64,000 bases of DNA from the human T2T-CHM13v2.0 reference genome, Homo sapiens. Both the position numbers and the translations under genes were made by a program. The notes below the pieces were generated by a model that saw only the letters and a program-made list of their open reading frames with translations, made no database searches and was not told the DNA's origin. How positions within the stretch are numbered: the stretch's first letter is position 1; each line of letters begins with the position of its first letter. Below, in pieces: positions 12,295 to 26,111 of this stretch. The DNA is taken from NCBI RefSeq assembly GCF_009914755.1, contig NC_060925.1; one strand, written 5' to 3'.

Positions 12295-13169
12295 GCCAGG
12301 CAGGTTTAAAAACAACATATCCATGTCATAATATATCCATATTTACATCTGTCTATATCCACATATACCTATATATCCATATCCATATATCTTTGAGGGA
12401 TCAAGGTTGACTTTCATGGAGCCAATAAAAAGCCCGTTAGAATAACTGGCCTAGTATCGTGTCTACTCAGTTCCCTTTTAAGATCTTTGATCTTCTAGTT
12501 AGTAAAGAAAGTCATTTTCTGATAGGCCCAGTAATGAGGACCTTGAGAAGGGTGAAATTCACCTAATGCATACAGGTATGTAGACACCATCTGAGAACAA
12601 GTCAAATTCTTGGCTTAGCTTCCTAGTTTGAGAGGTTTTCACAAGTTCAATCTTAGTTTTTTAAGAAAAAATTTCATCAATGCCAACTTTAAAATAACCT
12701 ATATTAAAAATCATTATTCTTACTGCACTTTATGCAAATAATCATCCCAAGTTAATGAACTAAATTTACTTTACAAAGAAATAGTTTTATCATAAATACC
12801 TTTGGTGGAAATGGGGGAATGAAACAGAGAAAAATTATGTGGCAGAAGAAAACTATACTGCACTTATTAGATTCTAGGCATTGTTTTTGAGTGTTATTAT
12901 TATTTGAACTGAATTCTGAACTTTCTGTTTTTTCCATTATATGACTGTGACTCTCTGGACTAAGGTTTATAAGCTTTATCTTATCCTTCTTCCTTGAAAT
13001 CATTAAAATTAAAACTTCTCTCTTTTTTTGAGGTCCTACAAACTGAAGTTAAACAATTTGATATAAACTTCAAATAAATCACCACAATGGCTTATGTATA
13101 ATTAACCTTTGTGCCTACTGCTGTATCGACTATTCACAACATTTATCTGATGCAAACTATAAACCAGGA

Positions 13170-14168
13170 AAAGCTGTGAGATTTCCACTGTCTACTCTTT
13201 TTCCATCTATACATGCTTCCAGTGCAACGTCTAAAAATCTTGGCTGGCTGCTCTCTGGACTAAAACAAACAAACAAACAAACAAAAACCCTGAGTTTTAT
13301 AGTTTGTTCTAAACATAAAGCTTTGTTTTCTTCTTTCAGGAGAAATTCCTCTTATTAAATATTTGATTGCTCACACTATATAGAGCCCTGACTTTGGTGG
13401 GTGATCTACAACATCACTGCCTGAGTGAGACACATCTGTAACCAATTTAACTGGACTAACCTATTTCTTGAGACTGAGAGACTGATTCAGTGGCTTATGA
13501 GACAATCTACCACCCCAGTTTCTGGACTGTAAAAATTTTGGGAAAGTTTCAGACCAGGGAATGATGGGCCTCAGAAAACAATAACTCAAAGTGAAGGCTT
13601 AAAAAGCAGCCCCTCAGAAGCAAAGTCTCTCTCACCATTGCAGTGAGCCGAGATTGTGCCACTGCCCTCTAGCCTGGGCGACAGAGCAAGACTATGTCAA
13701 AAACCAAACAAACAAACAAACAGAAATCATAACCTGTTTTTCCCAAAGCCAACCATAAAGCCTAAAAATATTACTCTAATCTTGCATCCTGCCTTTCTGT
13801 GTAACAGCTGGCCATAAAGTAATTAAGATGTTCATTCCAAAGGGGTCCTACTCTAGATCTAGGAGGAGGAAATGCTCTAAAGAGAGGCCAAGAACACTCT
13901 AAACAGACCTTGCTGAGTTTCCCCCCTCAGTCTGGTTGCATTAGATCATTCCCTTTCTACATGCCTGTCCATATTTCATTGAACCTACGCATAAAAATGG
14001 ATAGTTTTCCCTTATCTTTGGATCTTCATTCTGAAGGCTCCTGTGTCATATAAAAGTATGTTCATACAAATATGTTATGCTTTTCTTGCTAACCTGTCTT
14101 TGTCATACAGGTGTTGGCCATGACCCTTATGATGAGGAGGAAAGAAAACACTCTTTTCTGCTCCTGTA
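13170..14168 (+). mobile_element. ERV1 relic: 3' internal fragment, polypurine tract and MER39/MER34-family LTR (13562-14168)
   Basis: GGGAAAGTTTCAGACCAGGGAA followed by TGATGGGCCTCAGAAAACAATAACTCAAAGTGAAGGC...CCTCAGAAGCAAAG. Confidence 0.7.
13638..13720 (+). mobile_element. Alu 3'-terminal fragment inside the MER39-like LTR
   Basis: TTGCAGTGAGCCGAGATTGTGCCACTGC...GCGACAGAGCAAGAC plus (CAAA)n. Confidence 0.9.
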
Positions 14169-14635
14169 GAGCCATGTGTCAGGCTTTATATAAATGTTTA
14201 ATTAATGAATAAATAAAATAATTAAATCTGTTGTTTAAGGCTGCAAGAGGCAAGAGTTCAAGATTACCTAGAGGAAATTGTGAGATTTCTAACACGGGAT
14301 AGCAAACTTAGATAGGTGTTTCAGCAAATCTGAAATACTCTTTAGTCTAAGATTATCTGGTTATAACTGACAGCTATGAAAAATCCTTAAAAATCACATT
14401 TTTGAGTGAAATAAAGTGCCAATTATCTTCAACTGCTCATTATGTAAGTCCTTAAGTGACTATCATTTGAGAAATCTTCTTTTTTTTTTTCTTGTTAATT
14501 CTCCCTGGAAATTAGCTTCCAGCATCACAGCTAAATCCATTTTCCTCAATGCATCTTCTTTTTTTTCTGCCACTTCTGTCAAAATACTCACACAATGTCT
14601 CCTTACTTGAAAAGAATATTTATAAATATGTATAC

Positions 14636-14712
14636 GTATACACACACATACACACACATGTACACACACACACGCGTACACACACACACGCACACACACA
14701 CACACACACACA
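14636..14712. repeat. Interrupted (CA)n microsatellite, read as (UG)n in NEGR1 pre-mRNA
   Basis: Read directly. Confidence 0.95.
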
Positions 14713-15204
14713 GATTTCTAAAGTTTCCAAAAAGAAATGTATGAATGTTTTCTACAGTTCCAGTTCCCTTTTAATTGCATGGCAAATTCCCTCTCTCAAA
14801 TGCCTTTCAGGCAGCCTGGATATTAGCCATCAAAAATGGAATATTGGCTGTCTCAATTATGTAAAAAGCTTATCTGATTCTAAGGGTCACTGAAGTTTTC
14901 AGTCCTCTTCCAAAAATAAAGGATATAGCTAGTGTAAATGATTCAGTTGCATTACTGGCTTTCAAATAACAATTAAATTGAGTGTAGGAGGGAGGCTATC
15001 TTACTTATGACTATTTCCTCTAGTGAATAGTAAAATACATCAGCTTTTTATCATATAAAGGGGCAATTGACTTAGTGACAAATAGACACACTGGAAAAGA
15101 GCTATTCTGAAGTCAGGCATATAAATCTCATTAATAAAAAAAAAGAAAAAAAGGATGAAGTATTTCCTTTATAGATATTTACTAGACAGGATCAGATATC
15201 ATAG

Positions 15205-15642
<438 letters not shown>

Positions 15643-17911
15643 CGTTTTCATATAATAATAGAAACAATCGAAGAGACCAGGTAGAATGGGTGGATTTCTC
15701 ATTTTTATAATAATCTTGAATTCTTTTCCACCCATACCCCATCCTTCACCTTTTTTTTTTTTTAACATTTATATTTGATTAGAGTTAGAGGGATCTGGCT
15801 TCCAAAGTTTTAGGGAAAAAAATAGAGTTAGAAAAATTAAAACTAATTCCTATCATCCAGGTTCTTTCAAATCCAATTGTATTGGACAGAATAAGTCTAC
15901 CAATATATTTTTTACATTTGCTGAAGCCTTCTGATTTTGTAAATACTTTCATGTTGATTATTCTGTTATTAAAACAATTCAGTTGAACAAGTGTAACTTT
16001 CCTCATTTAGATATGAGAAGACCAAATCCCAAAGACATTAAATACTCTGCTCAACAGTACAAGGTAAAATAGAAGAACTTTGAGAGAAAATAATTATTTT
16101 GACACACAATCTAGTGTTCTTTCCATTTTCCCTACTTTACCGTACATACTGGCTGACAGTATATGATTAGCTTCCTAAGTAAAGTCCTCTACAAACTCAG
16201 TGTTACAAAGTTTCTTGATAATTAATAATGTTAGTACACAATGTAGTTCCCCATGCCTAAATTTGAAGTTCATTTCTGATGAAACATACAAATAGGTCTG
16301 CATGAATTCACTGAGTATATATATGTATACATATCTTCACTTTTGTTCTTTTAATTTAAAGGTAGACTGCTATATTTTCTTAGGTTTTAAACAAACGTCA
16401 GTTTCCAAATAAAGGGAGAATAGTGATGACATATTGAGACCTTATTAATGACCTATGATACCTGTATCCTGAAGAAAACATATAAAAAGTTCAGAGGTTA
16501 TGCCCTTTGGTTTGCATATTTACTTATAATATTTCAGTGGGCTTATTAGATTTTAGTTAGCTAATGCCAATGAAATTTATTTCTGCCTTTTAAAAAATTG
16601 TATTATAATTATTGGAAAAAATTTACCTAAGGACTATTCGGTGCTCACATGATGACATAATTTAAAATAAATGAAATTAAATAAATTTCACTTTGGCATG
16701 AAAAAATGGACAGTGTTTCTGAAGCTCTAATGCATAGAAGGACTGTGGTCTATAAAGGACTGTAATATGTTTCTTATGATTCACACAGGAGGAACAAAAA
16801 AAAATTAGAGACTTATCAAAGAAAATTATCTGAAGAAAATAGTCAAAACATTTCCACAAGGAGAATGAAGTCAAACTATGAAATAGGGCTCTTCATAAAT
16901 CAAATAAGATCATAGTATTTTTGTTTTTCTGGAAATCATTGAGAACTTGTTAACTTAAAATAAGAATGATGCTTTCAATATTCTTTGATGCTTTCTATCA
17001 AAACACACTTACATCAACAAAACTAACAAAAAATAATGTTTATAATCACAGCATCTTGAATGGAATGTTCTGATGCAATATGGAAGAGGATGTTTAACTA
17101 AGAAAACACTTTTTCCTGTTATCACTATTACTGAGGTATCACAATTTTTCACAGAATCACCATTTAGTTAGTGTAATCTTGAATAAAACACAAGATAGAA
17201 TATTATCTCCATGTAAAAATACTCAAAATTTATATAGGCAAACTATTCAACAATGGTGTCTCTTAATATTTTCACTTAACTTACCTAAACCTCAGTTGTT
17301 ATTTTTCGTGAGTAAAATGAACATAATAATATCAGTACATCTTTGTGTGTTATTACAAGAATATGTAGTATAGCATATCTGCAGCACTTATATCATATTT
17401 GCTATGATAATCATACTTAGGAAAGGATAGTTATTAATTTTATTAATTTTGAGCTCGTGTCCCTGACATCCTATTTTTGACAGCTGCTTGGGCCCTTTCA
17501 TTTGCTTGTGTGTTTTTCTTCACTGTACTTGGCCTGACTCCCCATCTCGCAGAAGCTACTCTCGTCTTAGGTAAGAACAACCAGCTCTTGCTCCATTTCA
17601 TGGAACTTGATCAGATAGTTCCAATGTCACTTTTTCATTATTTGAAGAACAATTCCTGTTCAATATTTAGAAGAGGCAATTAGTTGTGTTGGATATTTTC
17701 TCCTCCAGCATTTTAAAGCTGTATTATTTTGTTGTCAGACCACTGTAAAGTACCAAAAAATGCTTATTTTTAACATTTAATGATTAATACAGAAGCAGTC
17801 ACTATAGCCCTGTCAACAGTTTAATGTCCCTATTTACAGACACATATAAAAATGCCTCACAAAGCTACAAAAATCAATCTCTCCTGATGAAATGGTTTGC
17901 TCCTTTCTTTT

Positions 17912-18211
<300 letters not shown>

Positions 18212-18327
18212 CTGCTCCTTTCTTTTGGACGATAAGCCACTGTGTTATATTCTCTTTGCCCTATATGAGCAAAGGTCAGATTTTAGATTTTTACTGAGCT
18301 GCTACTGATTTCCCCAGAAAGTATATA

Positions 18328-18678
18328 TGTATTAGTCTGTTTTCATCCTGCTGGTAAAGACATACCCGAGACATATAAAGAAAAGAGGTTTAATTGACTC
18401 ACTGTTCCACATGGCTGGGGAGGCCTCACAATCATGGCAGAAGGGAAGGAGGAGCAAGTCACATCTTACATGGCAGGGAAGAGAGAACTTATGCAGGGGA
18501 ACTCCTCTTTATAAAACCATCAGCTCTCATGAGACATATTCACTATCGAGAACAGCATGGGAAAAACCCACCCCCATGATTCAATTACCTCCCACTGGGT
18601 CCCTCCCATAACATGTGGGAATGGTAGGAGGTACAATTCAAGATGAGATTTGGGTGGGGACACAGCCAAACCATCTTA
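18328..18678 (-). mobile_element. THE1 (B/C-like) solo LTR
   Basis: TGTATTAGTCTGTTTTCA...GAGATTTGGGTGGGGACACAGCCAAACCAT. Confidence 0.9.
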
Positions 18679-20117
18679 TTGTGTATTACTTAATCATTTA
18701 TATTTTTAAGAAGCTTTTTTATTTTTTATTTTACCCCAAAGTTTTCTTTAAATGGTTTCATCAAATCTCCATGTTTCTGTGTGTGGACATGTATATAAAT
18801 TGATTTATATGTATTTTAGGACAATATAATGGGAAAAAATGTTATATATTCCATCTATAGAACTTAGTTTATGGCTAGATTTACAGAATTGAAGGACTTT
18901 GGAGTGCAAAATACCTTAGTGATGATCTTATACAGGTGTACTTTCATTTTAGGGGTGAGAATATAGTAAAATATTTGGTATGAATCTATCATTCTTTGTT
19001 TTGTTTTTTTTTTGTTCTTTCTTTAGCCTGTATCCCTTTTTTAGCCTGATATTACACAGAGTAATATCCAATATGACTGAGTAATTCAGTAGTTTCAGTT
19101 TTTATCTCCCCTTCAATAAGAGATGAACTCTTAGCTAAGATCAGTAATGAGCATCCCAAGATCTGTTATTTTAATCTGCAATTTCATATTTATTTATACA
19201 GTTTACTTATTTCACCTCTAAAGCATAGAGATAGTGCTTATTATAGTTTAGATTTCAGTATAATTTGAGCACTTCAAGAAAAGTATTTGACTCATAGAAC
19301 AGTGAATGATCAACATTTAACACAATGAATCCCTGTTAAGGGCATTTAAGAGGCTCTGTTGAGGATGTCTCTGAAAACCAATACTATTAAATCACACATT
19401 TCCCCATTGTTTGACTTCCCAAATCCCAAACAGAGACCTTACTGATTTTATTTGACAACTTTTTTTCTCCCACTGTTTGTTTCTTGTGCTTTCTCTACCC
19501 ATTGGATGTTAGTCAAACAGTGACTTTTACCTTACTACCCAGGAGCTATTCAGCCCAGAGCTGCTTCTGTGGCTGTCAATCAATGGAAGCCCACAGGCCT
19601 CCCAGGCAAATGTGCTAACTCCAAGCTACCTTTCCAAAAAAAAAAAAGCCTGTCTCATAAGTGCCTATTGGGCTCAGAGCAGCATTTTTCCTGAAGGGAA
19701 GGCCAGAAGACACATTTTCTCCATCAATAGAAAAATGCAGTCAAGGATATACTCTTTCAGAATTCCATTTAAAATTATTATTGACATATATGTGGAGGAC
19801 ATTATGTGAATGGAAAATTTATCGTCATATGAGAATATGAAATTTTAAAGTCATAGAATTTGCTGGAAATGTAGTGGTCATCTGGGTCATTGGTTAACTG
19901 GATTGGCAAAATTGAAAACATGTTGATATATTTAAATAATTAGTTGAAGAAAAAATGTAGAAACATTTCTCTATAGGAATTATACAATACGCTGGAGTAG
20001 TAACCACGAAATAAAGTATTGCCCTTCTAAGATGCAATAGAAGTCCATATTCAGTGTAATACTGAGAAGGAAACAAGTTCTTTAAATAAGAGATGGGGTC
20101 CTTTTATAATTTCTGTA

Positions 20118-20337
20118 AGGGGTCACTAAGCTTTTTTTGTAAAATACTTGGTAGAAAACATTTTCTTACTTGCAGGCCATAGGTTCTCTGTTACAACTAC
20201 TCAACTCTGCTCTTGCCACGTGAAAGAAGTCATAGATAATACATAAACAAATGGGTGTGATTATGTTCTAATACAACTTTATATACAAAAATAGGTAGGG
20301 AAAGGGATTTTTCCCACATGTAGTTTGTTGACTCCTG
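20118..20337. mobile_element. MER58A-like hAT MITE
   Basis: AGGGGTCA...TTGACTCCTG ends; GGCCATAGGTTCTCTGTTACAACTACTCAACTCTGC body. Confidence 0.8.
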
Positions 20338-20919
20338 ATCTAGAGGAAACACACAATTTTGGTTTTACTGGCCAGCTAGCTATGCAAACAAACAGATAAA
20401 GATTAATATCTGATGTAAGATTATCAACTATTCATTTTTGCATAGGGCTGTTTTTATTCTAAGTGTATGCTATGTTTTCCTCTTTTGCATGAACCTATCT
20501 TTGGTTTATGAAATAATGGTGAGAGCAGATGGCAAAATTTTGTTTAATATATTTCTTGGTCAAATAAAGACCTTCTCCACATTAGAAGGAAATATCTCCC
20601 CGGTCTATAAATCAAATACTATGGAATCAATCATTCATGTACCCTCTCACTTTCATAGATGCCAGAGTTCACTTAGGCAGCATTCCTGATAAGAGATTAT
20701 TCAGTCTTTATTACTATTTCCAGGAACAGGAGATTCGCTACTTAACATGGTTTCAGTTCTATGTTATACTAGCTCTCTATATTGGAAATTCCTCCAGAAA
20801 ATCTTAGTCATTTTGATGTGAAAATTATTCTACAATAGTAAGCCCATGAGCTGGAGATTCTAATTCTACTTTTTAGCAAGTCCATGTAGCTAGTAATTTA
20901 TATTCTATATCTTCCTTTA

Positions 20920-21140
20920 GTAATGGTTAATAGCTTCGGCTTTGGGGTCTATCAGAATTGAGTGTGAATTACGACTCAGATACTAGTTGTAGTCCTTGGG
21001 AAAATGATGAAATACTAAGAGTCCCAGGTTCTTTCACTCAAAAATGCAAACATACTACCTATAATATAGGTATTTTTTGAGGTTTAACTAAGAAAATTAA
21101 TATATTGCCTGGCAGACAATAGTATTCACACAAAGATACT
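20920..21140 (+). mobile_element. MIR, degraded
   Basis: GGCTTTGGGGTCT...GTCCTTGGGAAAATGA...TGCCTGGCAGACAATAGTATTCA. Confidence 0.6.
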
Positions 21141-22559
21141 GTTGATATCATATTGCTACCAAGGATAGTGAAAGAAGAGCTCAAATCATTATGTAAAATT
21201 ACCTAAATTATTTTGGGTTTTATCATTCATTCAAATATATTAGGCACATACTATATGTAAGTATAATGAGGATCGAGGTAGAAGTATATTCAGCTCTTAC
21301 AGATCTTGCACTCTAGCAGAGATAAAAAATGGTGTTGACTACACCCACATGAATCCTTAAAAGTGGCAGCAGTCAGTGGTGTAATATATCTCAGGAGTCT
21401 TTTGCCCATGTCTCAATACTTAATTCAGAACAGTAATAATCATCCTTATAATTAGTAATTATATACCTAGATACTACTCTTTCCATCATTTGCTATAGGG
21501 AATCACTGATACCAAGACTGTCTTCTGCCTGGGGATTGTTAACAAGATTTCTCCCCTGAATTTTCTAGTGGTTATACATTCCCTTCTTTATATTCGGAGA
21601 ATGAGCTGTCATTGTTTCTTTAATAGATCCATATCACTTTTCATGGGTAGATTTCTAATTTGTAATTTGTAATTTCCTGATTAACTCTGCGAATCCAACA
21701 TATGCTCTGTAACATTTCAGAATGGTGATGGGAGCAGTTGGCAATATGTGACGGCTGGAGAGCAGAAGAACACCTGGGAAGAGAAATGCTGACTTTTTCG
21801 AAGACTGCACCTCCTGTTACAGACCACAAGGAAAGGAAAATGATGGTGATTTCTTTGAGCAATAAACTGCCAGGTGACAGTCCCAGTCAGCAGCAGCAGA
21901 CACCTGGGGTGATGAATTGAGCATAAAGCACACATGATTTCAGGATAAAGCAATGGAACAGAACTAAGAGAGAGACAGAGGGTACTATCAAAAAGAGGAG
22001 ACTCGAAGGTTTCCTGAAAGAGCTGCCACTGAGGAACTTTGTGTTCCTCAGAAGTGACAGGAAAGGCTCCAGTAGCAGAGCTGAGGAAGTGGAGTCCAAT
22101 GACCAGCACACAGTACCCACCTCAGAGGTGCTGGGCTCCTCATGCTCTCTGTGTTGGTCAAACAGAGCGCCTCACTGAAGACCTCTACATCGTGGGTTTA
22201 CAAAGAAAATATAAACGAGCAGAGGAAATCACTTCTACAATTGCTACTATGTCCGTTTTCCTTTAAGATACATTAGCGTTTCAGTGTTCTGCAATTGCTT
22301 ATGGTCCATTATTATTATGGTCTTTTTAACATAAATATTTTTGGTGAAATAAGGAAAAATCCCCTCTTAAGTTGGGGAGGCAGTTTAGATGAACAAAATT
22401 AGCTATGTATCAATTACTGTTGAAGCCAAATGATAGATACATGGTGTTGCCATACTATTCTCTCTCTTAGAATAGCATCCCTATCTGGAACCCTAAACAG
22501 CAGTCCAGCAAATATCCCACTTTTCTTCTCTACCTCACCACAAAACTCCCCACCCCCAC

Positions 22560-23810
22560 CTGCATTCCCTATTCAGCTCATTCAATCTGGCTCCAGTTCC
22601 CAGAGATTCACTGAAAGTGCTTTTATGAAGGTCAGAAAGGATCTCCATGCTGCTAAATATAATAGACACTTTTCCATATATCTTATTCTATCTTTTGTTA
22701 TATTTTAACTCATTAGATCACTTTCTGATTACTAAACCCCTCTCCTCTCTGAGTTTCACTCTTCTAGGTCTTCATCTGTCACACTGGAAACTCTTTCTCA
22801 GTCTCTTGCTCTTGTCTTTCAAATCTTCAGATACTGGCCTTGGGCTCTCTGCTGTCTGTCTACTCTGCCTGCTTGGGACAGATTTACATTCATGATTCCA
22901 AGTTTCATTTATTGTCCTGACCTCTTCCTTGAGAAAAAGCTTCATATATCCAATTATTCACTGACATTTTCACTTGAGTGTCTAACATGCCTTACAATTA
23001 ACATAGCAAAACAGAAATTCTGATTTTTCTTTCAAATATCCTTCTCCTCTCCTCTATTCTACCCCATCTCATTGAATGGCATGCCTATTTTCCACATTGA
23101 TGAAGCCAGAAAACTAAGAGGCATTCCCCATCTCCAATCTATCAGTCTGTTGGTTTTACCTGTATATTATGGGATTCCCCGAGTCCTCTTCACCTCCACT
23201 GTCATTACCCTCAAGTCAACCTCTCAGCTACTACTCTTGTTTCCTAAATGATATCCCTCTTCTGCTTCATGCTTTCTCTGCAACTCGTTCTCTACATAGC
23301 ACTAAAAACATCTTCTAAAAATTAAAATTAAATCACATCATTTACGTGCTCCAAAACTTTCTATAGCTTCCTTTTGCATTTAGGGGAAAAATATACTAAA
23401 CTCTCACCATGGCCTGTTATCCTTACTTGATCTGTCCAGCCCCAACTAACCTTCTCCAAGCCCAACTTAAGTCGCTCTCTTCCCCTCCTCTCAGTTTGTC
23501 CCATGCCCACTGACTTCAGTCTTAGAACAGAACAACTTTTGTCTTGCCTTCAAGCATTTTAAATGCTGTTCCCATCAATTAGCAACTTCCTGTCCTTAAA
23601 CTTCAAGGCTCAGTTTAAAAGACAACTCTGCAAAAATGCCTCATTGTTGTATTGTTAATGTGTAATTTTTTTCACTCTTCATATTATGTCTCTTCTGGCA
23701 AGATTTTAAACTCCTTGATGGTGGTAGCTATAATTTTTCCTCTTATTGCTATATACTTAAATTCTGGCACAAAGTCTGACATAGTAAGTGTTGAATAGAT
23801 GAGTTTTGAA
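22560..23810 (+). mobile_element. L2 LINE 3' portion (L2a-like)
   Basis: CACTGAAAGTGCTTTTATGAAGGTCA, CACTTGAGTGTCTAAC, and L2 terminus GACATAGTAAGTGTTGAATA. Confidence 0.8.
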
Positions 23811-24620
23811 GAAAACAGATGTAAAATAAATATTTATAATATAACCTTTATGTAATGAGTTAAGGATATTTTATTTAAGTAATCTATTTTTGCAAAACAT
23901 GTTAAGTTTAGATTGAAATCTTTAAGCCTCAAATGTATTTGTCATATGATGAAATTGAGTCTCACTGTTTTTTAATACATGAGAGATATCCAAGAAAAAG
24001 TTACACTAGCAAGAAGACTTATTGATCACTCCAGGCAGCAGAATCTAGTGGAAATAAGTTCTGGCTGAAAAGTGTTGGTTCTCTCATTTGTTGCCTGCTG
24101 ATCACTTTTTAGTTAGCCATTGTTCCTCTTCACTTCTGTGTGAAAATCTGAAAAGTGTCATCTAAGACTTTTTTGAAAGGGTAACATTCCTTATTGCCTT
24201 ATATCACATTTTAGTAAACTAATCTGTAGGGCAACTGTATACTGTGGATTAATATGTTGAATAAATAGCACTGCTTTCACAACTTCCCCTTAAATCAAAT
24301 GCCTCAAAAAAACAAAAAACAAAAACAAACAAAAAAAAAAAACCAAAAAAAACCACATCAGGCCTCTACTGAGTTAAACAGCGAGGGTTGAGAAGCCATT
24401 TTATCTCTACAGACATGTGTTCAAAATCCATAATTATTTCTTGTCATGTCACAAAAGGAAAAATAGAATATACTTCCATGAAATACCCAGTTGTAATCAA
24501 CTCCACAGAGAATCTTGCTCTGAGAGTTCTTTCCTTCTCTTCAACTGGTTCTTTTGTACTGTAATTGAATTGAATTTGCTCCTGTCTCCATTCCTCACAG
24601 ACAGCTTCTCATTTGAGGGG

Positions 24621-24696
24621 TCTGAAGATGTATTACACTAATACATCGTCAGAATGACAATGCTATGATGATGCATGGGTGTAATACATCTTCAGA
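24621..24696. repeat. Long inverted repeat / hairpin
   Basis: TCTGAAGATGTATTACAC (24621-24638) is the exact reverse complement of GTGTAATACATCTTCAGA (24679-24696); inner CATCGTCA/TGATGATG also pairs. Confidence 0.92.
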
Positions 24697-25889
24697 GCTT
24701 CAGCACTGTTCAGAAACAATACGGCTGGTACTGAATTACATTCAAATCAAATGCAAAATGAAAATAAAAAAAAAAAAACCTGGCTAACAGGAAAGGTGAA
24801 AAAAACCCTCAAAAACAAAATTGTTTAATAAATTCCATAATTCTATATATTTTGAGGGCAAGTTCTCAAGACTTTAGAATGGCTTTAATTTATAAATTTA
24901 TGCAATAATATTCTCTATAAATTTCTGAAGATTACACTGAAACAGAGCCTTAGACAAAAAATATACAATGAATCTAGTTTTTTAAGTCATGATCTCTCAG
25001 GCAAAATTTACATACAGCATTTATGTGCAATAAATGTTGCATTTTACCTCTTTTGTCGAACTGTCAAAATTAGCTTTTCACCATTTCATGAGATATTTGT
25101 ATTATGCTAGGAGACATTTCATGGGTTTTGACTGTCTTCCCTCTGGACAAAATTCCCTTTGAGACATTTTATAGGGAGTCAAAGTGCTGTCTTCTGATAG
25201 AGAATGCTCTCCATAAAATTTTTAAAACTTTAACAGGCCAAAATTGGAAGGCATAACAACCTAAGATTAGATAATTTGCCAAAATTAATAATAATAAGAA
25301 GAAAAACTTGGCACCATCATTAACAGCCCTCTGGTCCTAGTATCCTTTACATCTTTTTACTTTGGCTTTGTTTAGGTTAATAGTTATATGGAAGTCTCAG
25401 AGAGACTTGGTTCCTTTATTCTAATGCCAACCGCTTAGGAAGCTATAGCTGTGTGAAAGACTCTTTTCTTTTGTTCTTAATTTTGACAGATTTTTTTTCT
25501 ATAGCACAGAATGAAACCAGATAAAACATTCTCTTAAAAAATGTAACCCTTCTCTAATATATTCCATTTCTTGTCCTCCCCTCTCATCACCCAGAGTTTA
25601 TGAAATCTGAATAAGTAAAAATTTTGTGTCTGGAAATCATTCTGGTGATTGCCCAGTAAACATTCTCCTCTTATACTGTTTATATAGAAGAAACAGAATA
25701 CAAAATAAAATTTCACCAGTTTAGAAGGGCAATCATTAACTTGCATTTACCTGATTTTATCACATAAGAACACAGTATTCATCACGATCTTTTATTATCT
25801 GTCCTCAAACAACTTCTACGTAAAAAATGAAGTATATGGTAAATTTTAATAATAATAGCTAAAAAGTTAAAGCTCTTAATTTTGGATGA

Positions 25890-26111
25890 GTTTTTTTTTA
25901 ACTCTTTGCCTGTAATATCTCTTTTGTGTAACAACCCTGTTACATTGCTGCTATTATTATCATCTTCATGTTGTAGATAAAGAAACTGAAGCATAGGGAG
26001 CTTAAGAAATATACTCAGGCTAACACATGCAGTGACTGGCAGAGGAGGAATCTGAAACCAGGTAACCCAAGTCCTAACCATAGTCCTTTTAAGCTCTATA
26101 TAATATTGCCT
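25890..26111 (-). mobile_element. MIR
   Basis: ACAACCCTGTT...TAGATAAAGAAACTGAAGCATAGGGAGCTTAAG...GGAATCTGAAACCAGG. Confidence 0.8.

Noticed and set aside
12315-12392. Degenerate (ATATCC)n run
   Set aside because: Low-complexity simple repeat with no further structure.
21641-22266. Cluster of overlapping ORFs in a GC-richer patch, with a 9-bp hairpin (CTGAGGAAC/GTTCCTCAG)
   Set aside because: No recognisable protein or convincing splice-site pair. It is probably an old LTR relic I cannot name, and a 9-bp stem is weak evidence on its own.
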